The notes: a model not told the origin generated them from the letters alone. A DNA stretch of 64,000 nt from the human T2T-CHM13v2.0 reference genome, Homo sapiens (GCF_009914755.1 NC_060931.1), one strand, 5' to 3'. Positions 13,800 to 27,270 are shown, counted from the stretch's first letter. Numbers and translations: made by a program.

Positions 13800-16082
13800 T
13801 GATATGGTTAGGTTGTGTCCCCACCCAAATCTCATCTTAAATTGTAACTCCCACAATTCTTACATGTCATAGGAGGGACCTGGTAGGAGGTAATTGAATC
13901 ATGGGGGTAGGTCTTTCCCATGCTGTTCTCCTGATAGTGAATAAGTCTCATGAGATCTGATGGTTTTAAAAAGGTGAATTTCCCTGCACAAGGTCTCTCT
14001 CTCTTTATCTGCCGCCATCCATGTAAGATGTGACTAGCTCCTCCTTGCCTTCCACCATGATTGTAAGGCCTCCCTAGCCATGTGGAACTGTAAGTCCATT
14101 AAACTTCTTTTTCTTCACAGTCTCGGGTATGTCTTTATTAGCAGCATGAAAATAGACTAATACAGTAAATTGGTACCAGTAGAGTGGAGCACTGCTGAAA
14201 AGATACCTGAAAATGTGGAAGCGACTTTGGAACTGTATAACAGGCAGAGGTTGGAACAGTTTGGAAGGCTCAGAAGAAGGCAGGAAAATGTGGAAAAGTT
14301 TGGAACTCCCTAGAGACTTCTTGAGTAGCTTTGACAAAAGTGCCGATAGTGATATAAACAATAAGACTGAGGTGGTCTCAGATGGAGATGAGGAACTTAT
14401 TGGGAACTGGAACAAAAGTGACTCTTGTTATGTTTTAGCAAAGAGACTGGAAGCATTTTGTCCCTGCCCTAGAGATTTGTGGAACTTTGAACTTGAGAGA
14501 GATGGTTTAGGGTATCTGGTGGAAGAAATTTCTAAGCAGCAAAGCAGTCAAGAGGTGATTTTAAAGCCATTCGGTTTTATAAGGGAAGGAAAGCATACAA
14601 GTTCAGAAAATTGGCAGCCTGACAATGAGATAGAAAAGAAAATCCTGTTTTCTGAGGAGAAATACAAGCCGGCTGCAGAAATTTGCATAAGTAATGAGGA
14701 GCCAAATGTTAATGGGGGAAATGTCTCCAGGACATGTCAGAGGTCTTCACAGCAGCCTTTCCCATCACAGGCCTTGAGGCATAGGAGGAAAAAGTGGTTT
14801 CATGGGCAGGTCCTAGGGTCCCCATGCTGTGCGGCGCCTAGGGAGTTGGTCCCCTGTGTCCCAGCCACTCCAGCCATGGCTGAAAGAGGCCAATGTAGAG
14901 CTTGGGCCATGGCTTCAGAGGGTGCAGTCCCCAAGCTTTGGCAGCTTCCACATGGTATTGAGCCTGCGAGTGCACAGAAGTCAAGAATTGAGGTTTGGGA
15001 ACCTCCGCCTAGATTTCAGAGGATGTATGGAAATGCCTGCGTGCCCAGGCAGAAGTTTGCTGCAGAGGTGGGGCCTTCATGGAGAACCTCTGCCAGGTCA
15101 GTGCAGAAGGGAAATGTGGGTCAGAGCCCCCACACAGAGTCCCTACTGGGGCGCGGCCTAGTGGAGCTGTGAGAAGAGGGCCACCATCCTCCAGACCCCA
15201 GAACGGTAGATCCACTGACAGCTTGCACTGTTCACCTGGAAAGGTCACAGACACTCAACTCCAGCCCATGAAAGCAGCCAGGAGTGAGGCCATGCCATGA
15301 AAAGCCACAGGGATGGAGTTGCCCAAAACAGTGGGAACCCACCTCTTGCATCTGTGTGACCCAGAAGTAATACATGGAGTCAAAGGAAATCATTTTGAAG
15401 CTTTAAGATTTGAGTGCCCTGCTGGATTTTGGACTTGCATGGGGCCTGTAACCACTTTGTTTTGGCCAATTAGTCTCCCGTTTGGAATAGCTGCATTTAC
15501 CCAGTGCCTGTACCCAATTGTATCTAGGAAGTAACTAACTTGCTTTTGATTTTACAGGCTTATAGGCAGAAGGGACTTGCCTTGTGTCAGATGAGACTTT
15601 GGACTGTGCACTTTTGAGTTAATGCTGAAGTGAGTTAAGACTTTGGAGGACTGTTGGGAAGACATGATTTGTTTTTTAAATGTGAGGACATGAAATTTGG
15701 GAGGGGCCAGGGTGGAATGATATGGTTTGGCTATGTCCCCACTCAAATCTCATCCTGAATTGTAACTCCCACAATTCCCACGTGTTGTGAGAGGGACCCA
15801 GTGGTAAGTAATTTAATCACTGGGGCAGGTCTTTCCTGTCCTGTTCTCATGATAGTGAGTAAGTCTCACAAGATCTGATGGTTTTAAAAAGGGGAGTTTC
15901 TCTGCACAAGCTCTCTCTCTGTTTGCCAGCTGCCATCCATGTAAGACATGACTTGTTCCTCCTTGCCTTCCACCATGATTTTGAGGCCTCCCCAGCCACG
16001 TGGAACTGTAAGTCCATTAAACCTCTTTTTCTTCCCAGGCTTGGGTATGTGTTTATCAGCAGTGTGAAAACAGACTAATACA
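13800..16082 (+). mobile_element. Complete THE1 (THE1A/B-like) MaLR provirus: LTR 13800-14164, internal 14165-15717, LTR 15718-16082
   Basis: Two 365-bp TG...CA LTRs; polypurine tract before the 3' LTR; perfect 5-bp TSD GGAAC at 13795-13799 and 16083-16087. Confidence 0.97.
14213..15172 (+). pseudogene. THE1 internal (gag-derived MaLR) ORF remnant, 319 codons open
   Basis: Translation MWKRLWN..GRGWNSLEGSEE..AFCPCPRDLWNFELERD matches the MaLR-int ORF; a frameshift near 15120 moves the rest into the ORF at 15079-15300. Confidence 0.8.
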
Positions 16083-16170
16083 GGAACTATAAGAGGAAGA
16101 AAAAAAGACTAGAGAGACATTTGACCCTACAAGGTTAGCCTTTGAGAGAGAAAGTTTCCTACTTGGGCTT

Positions 16171-16174
<4 letters not shown>

Positions 16175-16202
<28 letters not shown>
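16175..16202. repeat. Poly(A) tract (A28)
   Basis: Seen directly. Confidence 0.9.
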
Positions 16203-16203
<1 letters not shown>

Positions 16204-16729
16204 ACTCACTATAGCACTTATTTTGTAGTACAATTATTGGTTTATCTATCATATGTACCAGACAAAGAGAAACTTGGATAGAAATTGGGCCTTATTTAGA
16301 TATGTATTCTAACACATTTTTCAGGGTAGAACAAAGTAAGCATTTATGTATTTAGTGAATAGCATTTATGTATTTAGTGAATAAATATATCAGTGAGTAA
16401 CTCTAATGGTTAGGGTTCCTTATTATGGTGTCATATTGAAAGTATCAGATTACACAGAATGAGATATCTCAATTTAAGAGATAACTTAAGAAGTTCTTGG
16501 TTCCATTTAAGATGGTGTTAAGCCTGCTACACCCTAACTCTCCTATCGTACAGCATTGAGTTTACCAGCTTAGACATCAGGGCAGCCCAAATCCTAGAAC
16601 TGTGCAGCAAGTGTGGGCAGGAAAATCTCCAAAAGAAGTATTATTTTTATTATATCAGAAGACTGGGTAGAAGCATGCCTGAGAGTGTGGAAGAAATCTC
16701 TGGGTTTTGGTTTATTTATTTATTTATTG

Positions 16730-18150
16730 TTTTCTCTATTCCAGCCCTACCCCAAAGTAAGCCCCCATGTGAGGGCAGTGACAATGGTGGTTATACAGAT
16801 GCCAAAAAACCACAGAAAAAGCACTTATCTATAGCCAGAAGACCCAGGAAAGAGCCCTCTGACCACCCCTGAAGGGCGTGGCAAAAAGTCAGGTTATTCC
16901 TCTTTCCTCTTGCCACTGTGTGGCAAATAAAGACTCAGTTATAGGAAAGGCACAACAGTGTGAGAAGGCTAAAACTCAGAGAGAAACTGCAGCTTTCTAG
17001 CCAGAGAACTGGGATAAGAGATGCCTGGAAGCTGGGGAAATCACAGAAGAGGTGAAGTGCTGAAGGAATCACAGAAGAGGTGAAGAGCTGAAGAAGAAGA
17101 TTCTCTAAATTTGTGTACCTCTGTATGAACTGACAGAAGTCTTAGGCTCACCCACAAGATGAACATGCTCAAGACAGGCCAAAAAGAGCAACATGAAGGC
17201 TTTAGAACTGACCTAGAGTGTAGACTCCACAGAGGTCCCAGACTGGCACCCAGCGGCACACACATGGGATAGATACAAACAGCTGTAAAGTCTTTAAAAA
17301 CTGAACCACTGCCTACAGAAGGTAGTCAGAACATGTAGTCTAAACCTCTCTGGGTTGATTATCTACTAAAGCAACCAGAACAACAAAACCAACAATTTCC
17401 AGAAGATTTTTACATGACCACAAGGCTCATAACATAACACTCAAAATTTTCGTGATAAAATCCAAAGTTACTTGGCATATAAAGAACCAAGTAAATCTAA
17501 ATGGATCATAAGAAAAAAGCAATCATGAAATGCCAATTCCAAGATGCCAGAGGTTGGAATGATCGGACAAATATTTTAATTCAGTTATTATAATCATCTT
17601 CAAGTATAGTCATCTTTTGCTAATGTGATTGTTGTAATAAACTGTCTTTCATCTTTGACCTGGAGGCTTCATGTTTTTCTGCCAGCATCTATGAAACTGT
17701 GACAGACAAACTTGTTAGTTGACAAGTACAGTAAAATCTCAGATTCTTCACAATTCCTGACATGAGAGTTTAACAAACATCAAAAATGAAAGAAAGAATA
17801 TATCACAATTCCTGACATGAGAGTTTAACAAACATCAAGAATGAAAGCAAGAATATCACCACAGGTCCTAAAGATATTTTAAAAAATAACAAAAGAATAC
17901 TACAAAAAAATGATATGTCCATTAATTCAACAACATACACGAAATAGACTAATTCTTCTGTCTTTCACACAAAAAGGATTCAGTACTGTATAAAAAGGAC
18001 AGTACACCTAGCCAAATGTGGTTTGAGAAATGTAAGACTGCTATAAAATTTGAAAATCAATCAGTGTAACTCACCATATTAACAGAACAAAGAAGAAAAT
18101 ATACAGATCTTTTCAGTAGATGAAGAAAAAGTATTTTACAAAATTTTATG
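16730..18150 (+). mobile_element. Degraded L1M fragments (5' region and ORF2 pieces) with an ERV1 (MER34/39-like) LTR 3' end at ~17620-17762
   Basis: A-rich L1 motifs (aaaatcaatcagtgtaactcaccatattaacaga; gatgaagaaaaagtatttt); LTR end aataaac...gtaaaatctcaga...cctgaca. Confidence 0.55.
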
Positions 18151-18414
18151 AAAGATTTTCATCCATCTAGAATAGTAAAAGTTTGTCTTAAAGCAAATGA
18201 AAAGATTAAAGAATACAAGATCTCTTGTTAACCAATAATTATGCAAATTTATTTGATTATATAAACACTTTCACAGAACCAAGAACCATGAGATGACTAT
18301 TTTAGATAAGAAAGCCTCTGGGCCAAAAGTAGGAACCTTAGAAACCATCAAAACCTTGAAATCTGCTCTGAATACACTCACATTCCATGGACACTGACAG
18401 CACAGGACAATGAT

Positions 18415-18540
18415 CAGGAACACAGACTCTGATGCCCAGCTGACTGGGGTCCATCCTGGCTCCAATATCCGTCCATCTGCCAACTTTGTAATCTTGGGGA
18501 TACTCAAGTAACTTTTTGGTGCCTATTTCTTTTTTTTTTC

Positions 18541-18591
<51 letters not shown>

Positions 18592-18825
18592 ATTTTTAGT
18601 GGAGACGGGGTTTCGCCATGGTGATCAGGTTGGTCTCAAACTCCTGACTTCAACTTATCCACCTGCCTTGACTTCCCAAACTGCTGGGATTAGAGGTATA
18701 AGCCACCACTCCTGGCCTAGTGCCTGTTTCTTAATTTACAAATGGAGATAACAATAGTGCCTAACTTATAGGACTGTTGTGAGGATTAAGGGAGTTAAAA
18801 CATATAAAACCCTTAGAGCAGTTGT
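18415..18825 (+). mobile_element. MIR split by an Alu monomer insertion
   Basis: MIR 5' half before 18530; MIR core ctgttgtgaggattaag after 18720. Confidence 0.7.
18531..18717 (-). mobile_element. Alu left arm with (TG)n microsatellite in its tail
   Basis: Antisense left monomer; (TG)~23 at 18543-18588; TSD GTGCCT(A/G)TTTCT at 18519-18530 and 18720-18731. Confidence 0.85.
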
Positions 18826-18919
18826 TCGGGAGGCCTTGAACTCTGCAGAAAACAAGGCAAATGGATAGCATTGTTTATTTACTCTTGGGCCCGCTCCTTC
18901 CTTTTCCACTCCCTCTAAT

Positions 18920-19060
18920 CATAGTGAACATTTACTGACCTCTTATAATGCAGCAAGTGCTATACTAAATGATGTACATTCATTATTCCATTTAATCCTT
19001 CCAATATCCTTGTAAAATAAGTACAATTATTATTTACATTTTTCAAATGAGAATATTGGA
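18920..19060 (-). mobile_element. MIR fragment
   Basis: acatttactga...ccatttaatcctt...tttcaaatgagaa. Confidence 0.6.
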
Positions 19061-19894
19061 TTGATTCACTTTATATAGAGACAGAAGTACAAATACAAAC
19101 ATACACACACAAATCACCATTTAGGTTATCATCATGTCTTACTTTTATTTATGAGTCTTTCTGTCTTCTTGAGTAATCTTTTATGTCTGGCTCATCCAGT
19201 ATATATTAATTTTGTAGTTTAAATCTCTAAGAAAAAAACCTCATTTCATTATGGGTGGCAAACTACTATTTTGCTCACATACCACCTACCTGATTATTGA
19301 CTACTTTTTACTTTAAATATGTTATTTTATAACTTTTTCCAAGGGTGTAGCTATTTTGGCCTAGCAATGGGCATACTGTGGTATGTGTACAGAAACCCGA
19401 GCCAGCAGGGTGCTTACTGCACCCAGGAGTAGGCATTCTTGGAGTCAGTGTGGGAACAGATTTCAGTCATGTCATCATGTATTAATAACAGAAACACAGT
19501 ATTAATGAACAGATCAAACTCTCCCTGATGGTTTGAAGCAGACCTGACTCTTTTGGAATGTTTTCTTAGAAATAAGTTGATCAATTTTTTCTGTACTTTA
19601 TGCCAATGGCTGTGTCAGCATGGCTGATTTGGAGGCTAATTATGTGATTTTTATAGCTATTCTGGGAAAACATGAACATACTGGAAATAGAATGGGGGAG
19701 GATATGAGAGTGTTGACCTAAAAATGGAGACAAGCCAGAGTGTTAATGATTTCCATGCTGTTCAGCAGAAATCATCTCCCATGGTCTCTGTTGATAGTTT
19801 GAATCTAGGGATGACAGATTTCCAAAATATGGTTACTTAAGAAGTGATTATAGGAAGTCATCTCTTCCTGTCATTAAAAAAAAAATAAATCTGG

Positions 19895-20219
<325 letters not shown>

Positions 20220-20238
20220 TTAAAATAGATCATTATTG

Positions 20239-20532
20239 GGCTGGGTGCGGTGGCTTACGCCTGTAATCCCAGGACTTTGGGAGGCCAAGGCAGGTGGATT
20301 ATGAGGTCAGGAGATGGAGACCATCCTGGCTAACACAGTGAAACCCCATCTCTATTAAAAATACAAAAAATTAGCCAGGCATGGTGGCACGTGCCTGTAA
20401 TCCCAGCTAATTGGGAGGCTGAGGCAGGAGAATCACTTGATCCCAGAAGGTGGGGAGCTTGCAGTGAGCCGAGATCATGCCAGTGCACTCCAGCCTGGGT
20501 GATAGAGCGAGACTCTGTCTCAAAAAAAAAAA
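20239..20532 (+). mobile_element. Alu (AluSc/Y-like)
   Basis: Full dimer; TSD ATCATTATT at 20229-20237 and 20532-20540. Confidence 0.93.
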
Positions 20533-22184
20533 TCATTATTACCCAACAAACATTTTATTGACCAAATTTTTGCCTTAGTCCTTATGTGAAGGAAGTATAG
20601 TAGATTTCACATAAGAAAAATTAGATGTAAGAACATAATAATCTCAGGCAGTCCTTCAAAATTAAACAGGAGGAAGAGGTGGAAGTTAGGGAGCGATGAG
20701 AACAGAACTATTTATGAGAGTTAAGGCATTGAAACCGTTCATTTAAGTAGCTCCTTCTCATTCCTAAATTAATATACAGGTGACATCAGGTAAAACTATA
20801 TATCTATATCCTTTAAAATAATTTAACTGTTGAATTCATTAACAATCATTACATGTGAAAGAAAAACCGGCTCAAATTGGCTTTAACGATAAGGGTATCT
20901 ATGTCATCAAAGACTCAGTTTCTCTCCATCTCTCCATTTTGCCTTGCATAATATAGGCTTTATCCTCAGAGTCTACATAGTGGCCTTCCTGGGAGACTTT
21001 AGGGTTTTCCTGATGGTGACCACAATAAAACCAACTTTCAAGCTATACCTCAACATCTCGGAGAAAAGAGATATCTCCCCTGGCATTTTCCATAGAATAG
21101 AATTTTTTTTACCTTTCTTTTCACAAGATAGCTCAGTAATATCACCTTAAATATCATTGTTCTTATCCAGTTACGCACATAGGTCTGCAACAATCACTGT
21201 GGTCAGAAGGATGTGATAAACGGATTGGCTCAAACCAGCACGGACCACATATTCTACAACAGATGTGTGACGGACTCAGCTCTGCACTTACGCACCTCCA
21301 AGCCTTGATTATCAGATCATGTCCTTCTTCCCTAATGTTTAATTTCTCTTTGGGGGACTTTGAGGACATTCTGTCATTTGTCCTCCATCAGAACTAACAC
21401 AATCCATTAAAGAGGTGCAGTAATATTGGACCTCAAAAGAAAAGCACTTGCTATTTCAATTTCTACTCTCCCAGGATGTGTCTCTTCTATATAAATTACT
21501 CACCTCAGTGATCAGCTCTGCAATACCAAGGGGTCATGGGAGAGATTGTTCTTGTAACGCCACATTTCCTCCAAAGAAATTGGTAGCTATTGGCTTTTCT
21601 TTGTGTAACCTTTACTCCGAACATAAGTTAATGACCTACCTCTTAAAAGAAATTAGGCGTGTTCACTTTTAACCTTTGTATAAATAGAAAAAAATAGGGA
21701 AAGAGAAAAGTGGATAAGTCATTACTGTACAACTAATTTTCACAAAGTGAACACACTTTGTAATCAGCACTGAAATAAAGATATAGAACATGATCACTGG
21801 CCTAATAGTCTCCCCCTCATATACCCTCCAAGTTACTGAAACCTACCCACCAAGACTAATCAATATCCTGTCTTCTAATACTGTAGACTGGTTTTGCCTA
21901 GACTGACTTTATATAAATGGAATTATACATAGTATCTGTTAATCTCTTCCCAGTTTCCATAGCTCAACATTATATTATTTTATACAGTTATAGTTTCTTT
22001 TATTCTTGTGTGAGAAAGAAAAATAACTGATGAATATATGAGTTCACTTAGAGAAATACACAGGAGGGCCTTCAAGTAATATAAACTTCTTCCAAAGAAG
22101 TAGCACTAAGCCTCATTCTAGAGCTCCACAGGCTGCTAGGTAGTAAGATGGTAATGAGTGCAGGCCACTCTGTTCAAAGCAGAT

Positions 22185-22410
22185 GATAATAGTTAACATT
22201 TATTAAGTGCAGCCAGAAACTGTAGTAAGTGCTTTACATGGATTATTTTATTTAATCCTTACAACTCTATGATGTTTGATGTTTTATAGACTGACGAAAT
22301 TGGAGCTTTAGAGAGGGTATCAGATTTGTCTAAGGTCATGGGGCATGATACAGCTTGGATATGAATCCAGAAGGTGTCTCTGGAGTCCAAGCTCTTTGCC
22401 ATAAAGCCAT
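22185..22410 (-). mobile_element. MIR
   Basis: taacatttattaagtgc...gtgctttacatggatt...tttaatccttacaactctatg...tctggagtccaagctc. Confidence 0.75.
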
Positions 22411-22719
22411 GCTCTTCTGTGAGATACTAAGTGACATAACACTTTCCAACCATTCAATCCAAAGTACAAATTTATCTCCACTACACTACAGATGCTACTT
22501 CACATCAGTAATAAAAATAAAAGGAAAATTGTCCTAGATGAATTTCCACTGGTGTTAAAATAATGCCTGTAATTTCAAAGATGATATTTGATTAAATCAA
22601 TCAACTTATTAAATAACTTATAGCCTTCGTTTTTTATCCTATAGTGGACATTTCCTCTTTCTTCCTCCTCTTAGTATACCACAATTCTCACTTCAATATC
22701 TTCCTCCACCCATTCAGTC

Positions 22720-23070
22720 CATGAGTATTGGTATATACTGATGGGTTTAAGCCAAACCACACACCCCAACACCTGGTCACAGGAATTAATACAGAGACGG
22801 CACATAATCCAATTCAGGCCAATAAAACAAGAGATGTTTGCTGGAGGCTTTTGGGAAGAAAGCTTCACTATTCTCCTACTGAAGCCTCATTGAAGAGATA
22901 ATCTTGATCCTTCTGATCAGTAGGACATTTGAATGTGAGGCCTAGAATTGCAGCTGTTTTGCTAGCATAAGAGAAGTCAGCCTGAAGATGAAGCCAAGAT
23001 ATGGAGGAAGGAAGAGCCAAGATAATCACTCATGAATGAGGAGCCCTGATAAAACCATTCCTGAAATCCC
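22720..23070 (+). mobile_element. Old MLT1 (K/L-like) LTR fragment
   Basis: aattcaggccaat...ggaggcttttgggaagaaagcttc...cagcctgaagatgaagcca. Confidence 0.5.
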
Positions 23071-23667
23071 CCTCCCAATGTTTCAATTTAAATATTACAT
23101 AAAGTTTCAAAACTATAATACCAGGGCTATATATGATGAATTTACTCAGTTGCCACTTCCAGTAATATCTCTCAACCATCAGCCACTTAACTGCCCTGCT
23201 GGTAAAGTGATACTGTCTATTTCTTCTGTAAAACAGACTTACTAAGGCCCTTGTCACACTGAACACCCATGTCTAATACTCCTCTGCTTTACACCCACAC
23301 ACTTGTGTGCCCATCAGTTAAAGTGTGTTGTCACCAAGTCAGTTGGGTTTGCTCAAACCTGTTTACTCTATTTGAGCATATTATTATAAATATGTAATTC
23401 AAATAAAGATCTCAAAAATCAATGAAATATAATTTTTAAAGTTGTTTTAATAAAAACTAACTTAAATGTTTTAGAGAGGATAAGTAATAGAATCATACTA
23501 TCTCTTAATCATTTTAGTGATTACTGTCATTGAATTAAGTGTTAGCCAGGCACTCCTAAAGATAAGTGAAAAAAAATTACCATAATATAGGAGCTTTCTC
23601 CCAGTTTAATACACAAGTATTTTAAACTTTCCATTCCGTTTTAAAGAAGCATAGGTGATAACTATTG

Positions 23668-23970
23668 TGTATATACATTATATACATATATATGTAAATA
23701 TATATATAGTAATATATAATGTAAAATATATACACATATGTATTTTTGAGTTGGGGGTCTCGCCAGTCACCCAGACTGCAGTATAGTGGTGTGATCATGG
23801 CTTGCTGAAATATCAAACTCTTGGGATCAATAAGTTTGATCCTCCTACCTCAGCCTCCTGAGTAGCTGGGACTACAGGTTTTAAAAAATTTTTTTAGACA
23901 TGGGGTTTTGCTATGTTGCCCAGGCTGCTCTTGAACTCCTGGCCTCAAGCAACCCTCCTGCCTTTGCCTT
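23668..23970 (-). mobile_element. AluJ (partial) with (TA)-rich degenerate tail
   Basis: Antisense Alu motifs from 23742 to 23970; AT-rich simple repeat at 23668-23740. Confidence 0.85.
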
Positions 23971-25139
23971 AACTATACCTTTTTAAGTTTGAATTACATA
24001 TATAACATATTAAATTTAAGGATATTCTGTAAATAAAAAGAAAAAATATTAAGAAAAGATTCTAGGTTGTTAGTCACATTGCTGATTAGCCAAGCAGCAT
24101 CAGTCCTAGTTGTGTCAGGTAAGTACATTTCCACCATTGTTCAAAAACAAGTAAGGTTGTCCATATACCTCTTTCCGTCCCCAGCAAGTATCTTAGGCCC
24201 AAAGTGAGATGCAGCAACAAAGTGTGGATTATTACAATTAAATCCAAGCTTATATTGAAAACAATGATGACTTATGGAGTCATGCTGTCTTTTATTATAT
24301 GTCTAAGAACTGGAATGATATCTCTTTCATAATAGGTGATAAAAATTTCTTTTCAAATAAATATTTTGTTTAGAAGTATGCTATTTTTATTAAAGACTGC
24401 CATTTAAGCAGCTGGACATCAGTAAATCATTGAACTTTTAAATCATTCTTCATATTGTACCCTAAGGGGTCTGAGATTTTTTCCTTACCACTTTTTCAAA
24501 AAACTAAAGTAGGACAAAAAGCCAACAAAAATGTCTCCTACACATTTACTTTTAATTATATTCAGCCTCATTTTTAGTCATTTGTTTTACCTGGAAATAA
24601 TCTTTCTAGTGTACTAATTGTTCCAATATACTAAAGGTTCTAATCTCAATGTAATTGTCTCACTTAATATTGAACTATTAAATAGCCACACATTGGTTTG
24701 TCTGTATTTCCAAAAAGGTTTCATTTAATTAATTTTTACCCTGAAAGGTAAGGGTACATATAGATAGTAACATTTACTACCATGTACAAATTGCTAAAAC
24801 AGAACGCTTTTCCTTTATTGTTTTTATCATCTATTTTATGTATTTGCTTTTTCCAATTTATTTAAATAAATTAAACACTTGAGTTAAAATTTTAACTTCT
24901 GGGATAATTTTCAAAGTAACTAAGATAATATAGAATAGAATATGAAAAAAGGCAGCTCCTTTAAAGGTAACAGTATAATTTATATTCCTGTTCACATTTT
25001 TTCCTGGTTATCTAGAGTTACAAATACATTTGGACTTTTAAAAATATATCATTAAAATTTGTCTTTAAAATCTATGCTTCTCAAAAGATTTATATATGCT
25101 TCCTATTTCTACCTCTATACCTCCCATACACATTTTTCA

Positions 25140-25580
25140 AACTCCTAGAATCTGGCTTCTGCCCCATCACTATCATCACCAATGAGCTGTATGTCACTAA
25201 ACTCAAATAATATCTTTCAGTCCTCAGATGTCTCAAAGCCTTCAACATTTGGACCAATTACACTCTCTTTCCTTGGATTTTTTGACTCCACATTCTCCTG
25301 TGATCCTCGACCTTTCTAACCACTCCATCTGTGTCTGTCTTCTTTGCAGGCTTATTCTCTTCGACCTGGCCATTAAATGTTGAAGTTCCCTCAATATCAG
25401 TCCTAGGCTGTCTCTTCATCTCACTCCTTACTTTGTTTCTAGGAAATTTCACATTCACACAGTGGTTTCAAACTGCCTATTACACCCATCCTTACACACA
25501 GATGGATTGCAAATTTATATCTTTGGCCTGGACAAATCATCTAAGCCCCAGACCCAGTTTTCCAATGTCTAATTGTGTCA
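25140..25580 (+). mobile_element. L2 internal fragment
   Basis: tctggcttctgcccc...caccaatga...ttaaatgttgaagttccctca...cagtcctaggc. Confidence 0.7.
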
Positions 25581-25584
25581 GACA

Positions 25585-26005
25585 CTGAGAAGCACTGCTT
25601 AGACCTCACGCCTTTCAACAAATGACCCATCATTCAGCTGCAAATAATGTGATGAGCTGACAGAGCTTGACTATTGGCTTCATCAGGGTCCATCTCAGGT
25701 TTCAAGACAGTCAAACTCCTCAGGAAGGCAGTGATGGTGGAGCAAGGTTCAAGGCCTAACCATGTCCACACAATCCAGGTCTCCTCTAACAGACAGTCTT
25801 TGCCCCACATTACCCACTGGACTTTGGGTAGTCTTTGCTCCAAACTACCCACTGGACAGAGACTTGTTGTCAGCTCTGCATCATCAACTGATGGTTCCCC
25901 TGCCCAATCCTCTTCCTTCCACTTTTCTTTCAGAAATGTTACTCCCCAATAAACCTTTAAATTTCTAACTCCATCTCAGCATCTGCTTTCTGGAAAACTC
26001 AATAT
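25585..26005 (+). mobile_element. LTR16A-like ERV-L LTR
   Basis: 3' end cctgcccaatcc...gttactccccaataaacc...ctaactccatctcagcatctgctttctgg. Confidence 0.65.
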
Positions 26006-26039
26006 TTTGTACTAGGAGTCATCCATGAAAACCTATATG

Positions 26040-27270
26040 GATAGACACGGGAATGGGTACAAAGAGTAAATATCTTGGTAGCACATTAACAACCACTGGA
26101 AAGCCCACTGTGGAAAAGGGACTACACAACTTAAGCAAAATGAATTGACTGATTGGTGGTAGCCTGACTCTCAGCAGCCACTCCAGTGCTGGCTAATAGC
26201 TCTAGCGACAAGTAGTCAGGGTAGTCAAGATGGAGGCTATGCATGGGTCCTACACCATAGATTCCCATGACTACCTCTGAATGTCTTACCTGCCAACAAC
26301 AGAGAGCAAAGCTGAGTCCCTAATATGGTACTAGCCTTTGAGGGGACCAACTGGCTACTTGGCAGCAAGTTGAGTATATTGGACACCTTCCATCCAGAAA
26401 GGCAAGCAATTCTTTTTCATAAGAATAGATAGACACCTGTGAATTTGTTTTTCTGTCCTCAAAGACTCAACCAGAACCACTATCCCTGATCTATAGGCAT
26501 AAAATCTCACACAACACAGCATCTGACCAGGAAACCCACTTTATAGCAAAGGAAGTACAGGGATGGGACAATAAGCATGAGATATACTGGCCATATCACA
26601 TAACTTGCCACTCAGAAGCTGTCGGCCAGATAACATAATGAAATGGCCTTCTCAAGGCACAGCTGAAGCATCAGCTTGTAGGCAATGTCCTTTAGAATGA
26701 GGCACCATTTTTCTAGGACACAATATTGGTTTTGAGTCAGAGATCTTTACATAGTTCTGTGTCCCAAATAGAAAAGAATACAAGGGTTCAGAAACCAAGT
26801 GTGGAAAAAGAAATGGCCTCAATTTCCATTATTCCCAATGACCTACTGGGGAACTTTGAGGCTTTCCATCCTCTCAACCCTGGGCTCTGTAGGTAGCACA
26901 CTCTTGCCAGGGGACACAACAAGGATCCTCTTGAACTAAAAGCCACAGACACCACCTGGGCTCTTGCACCTCTTTGTGTCTAGGGAGCAGCAGGCTTGAA
27001 GAAGAGTTACTTTAGCATCACAAGTAAATGACCATAATCTGCAGCAGATGTAGAGTTCTGTGACGCATTCACAGCAAGGAGGAATAAATGTGAAACTCGG
27101 GATCCACATAGGCGCGCCTTTTGGTTTCTCTCTTCTCCAATTATGACTATGAAGAGAGAAGTGCGGTAACCCTAGCCTGAGAGGAATATGATTACCAGCA
27201 GCTCTGACCCCTCAGGAATGAGAGGCTACCACCAGGTAGCTCACGAAGAGTAGCGGAAATGCTATCTGAG
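26040..27270 (+). pseudogene. ERV-L class pol (integrase region) relic
   Basis: Manual translation gives DGGYAW; ECLTCQQQRAKLSP*YGT..GDQLATWQQVEYIGHLPS; SDQETHFIAKEV; NGLLKAQL. These are ERV-L integrase motifs, with stops and frameshifts. Confidence 0.85.

Noticed and set aside
16170-16210. A28 tract as a tail-only retrotransposition
   Set aside because: No target-site duplication or SINE body is visible; simple slippage is enough to explain it.
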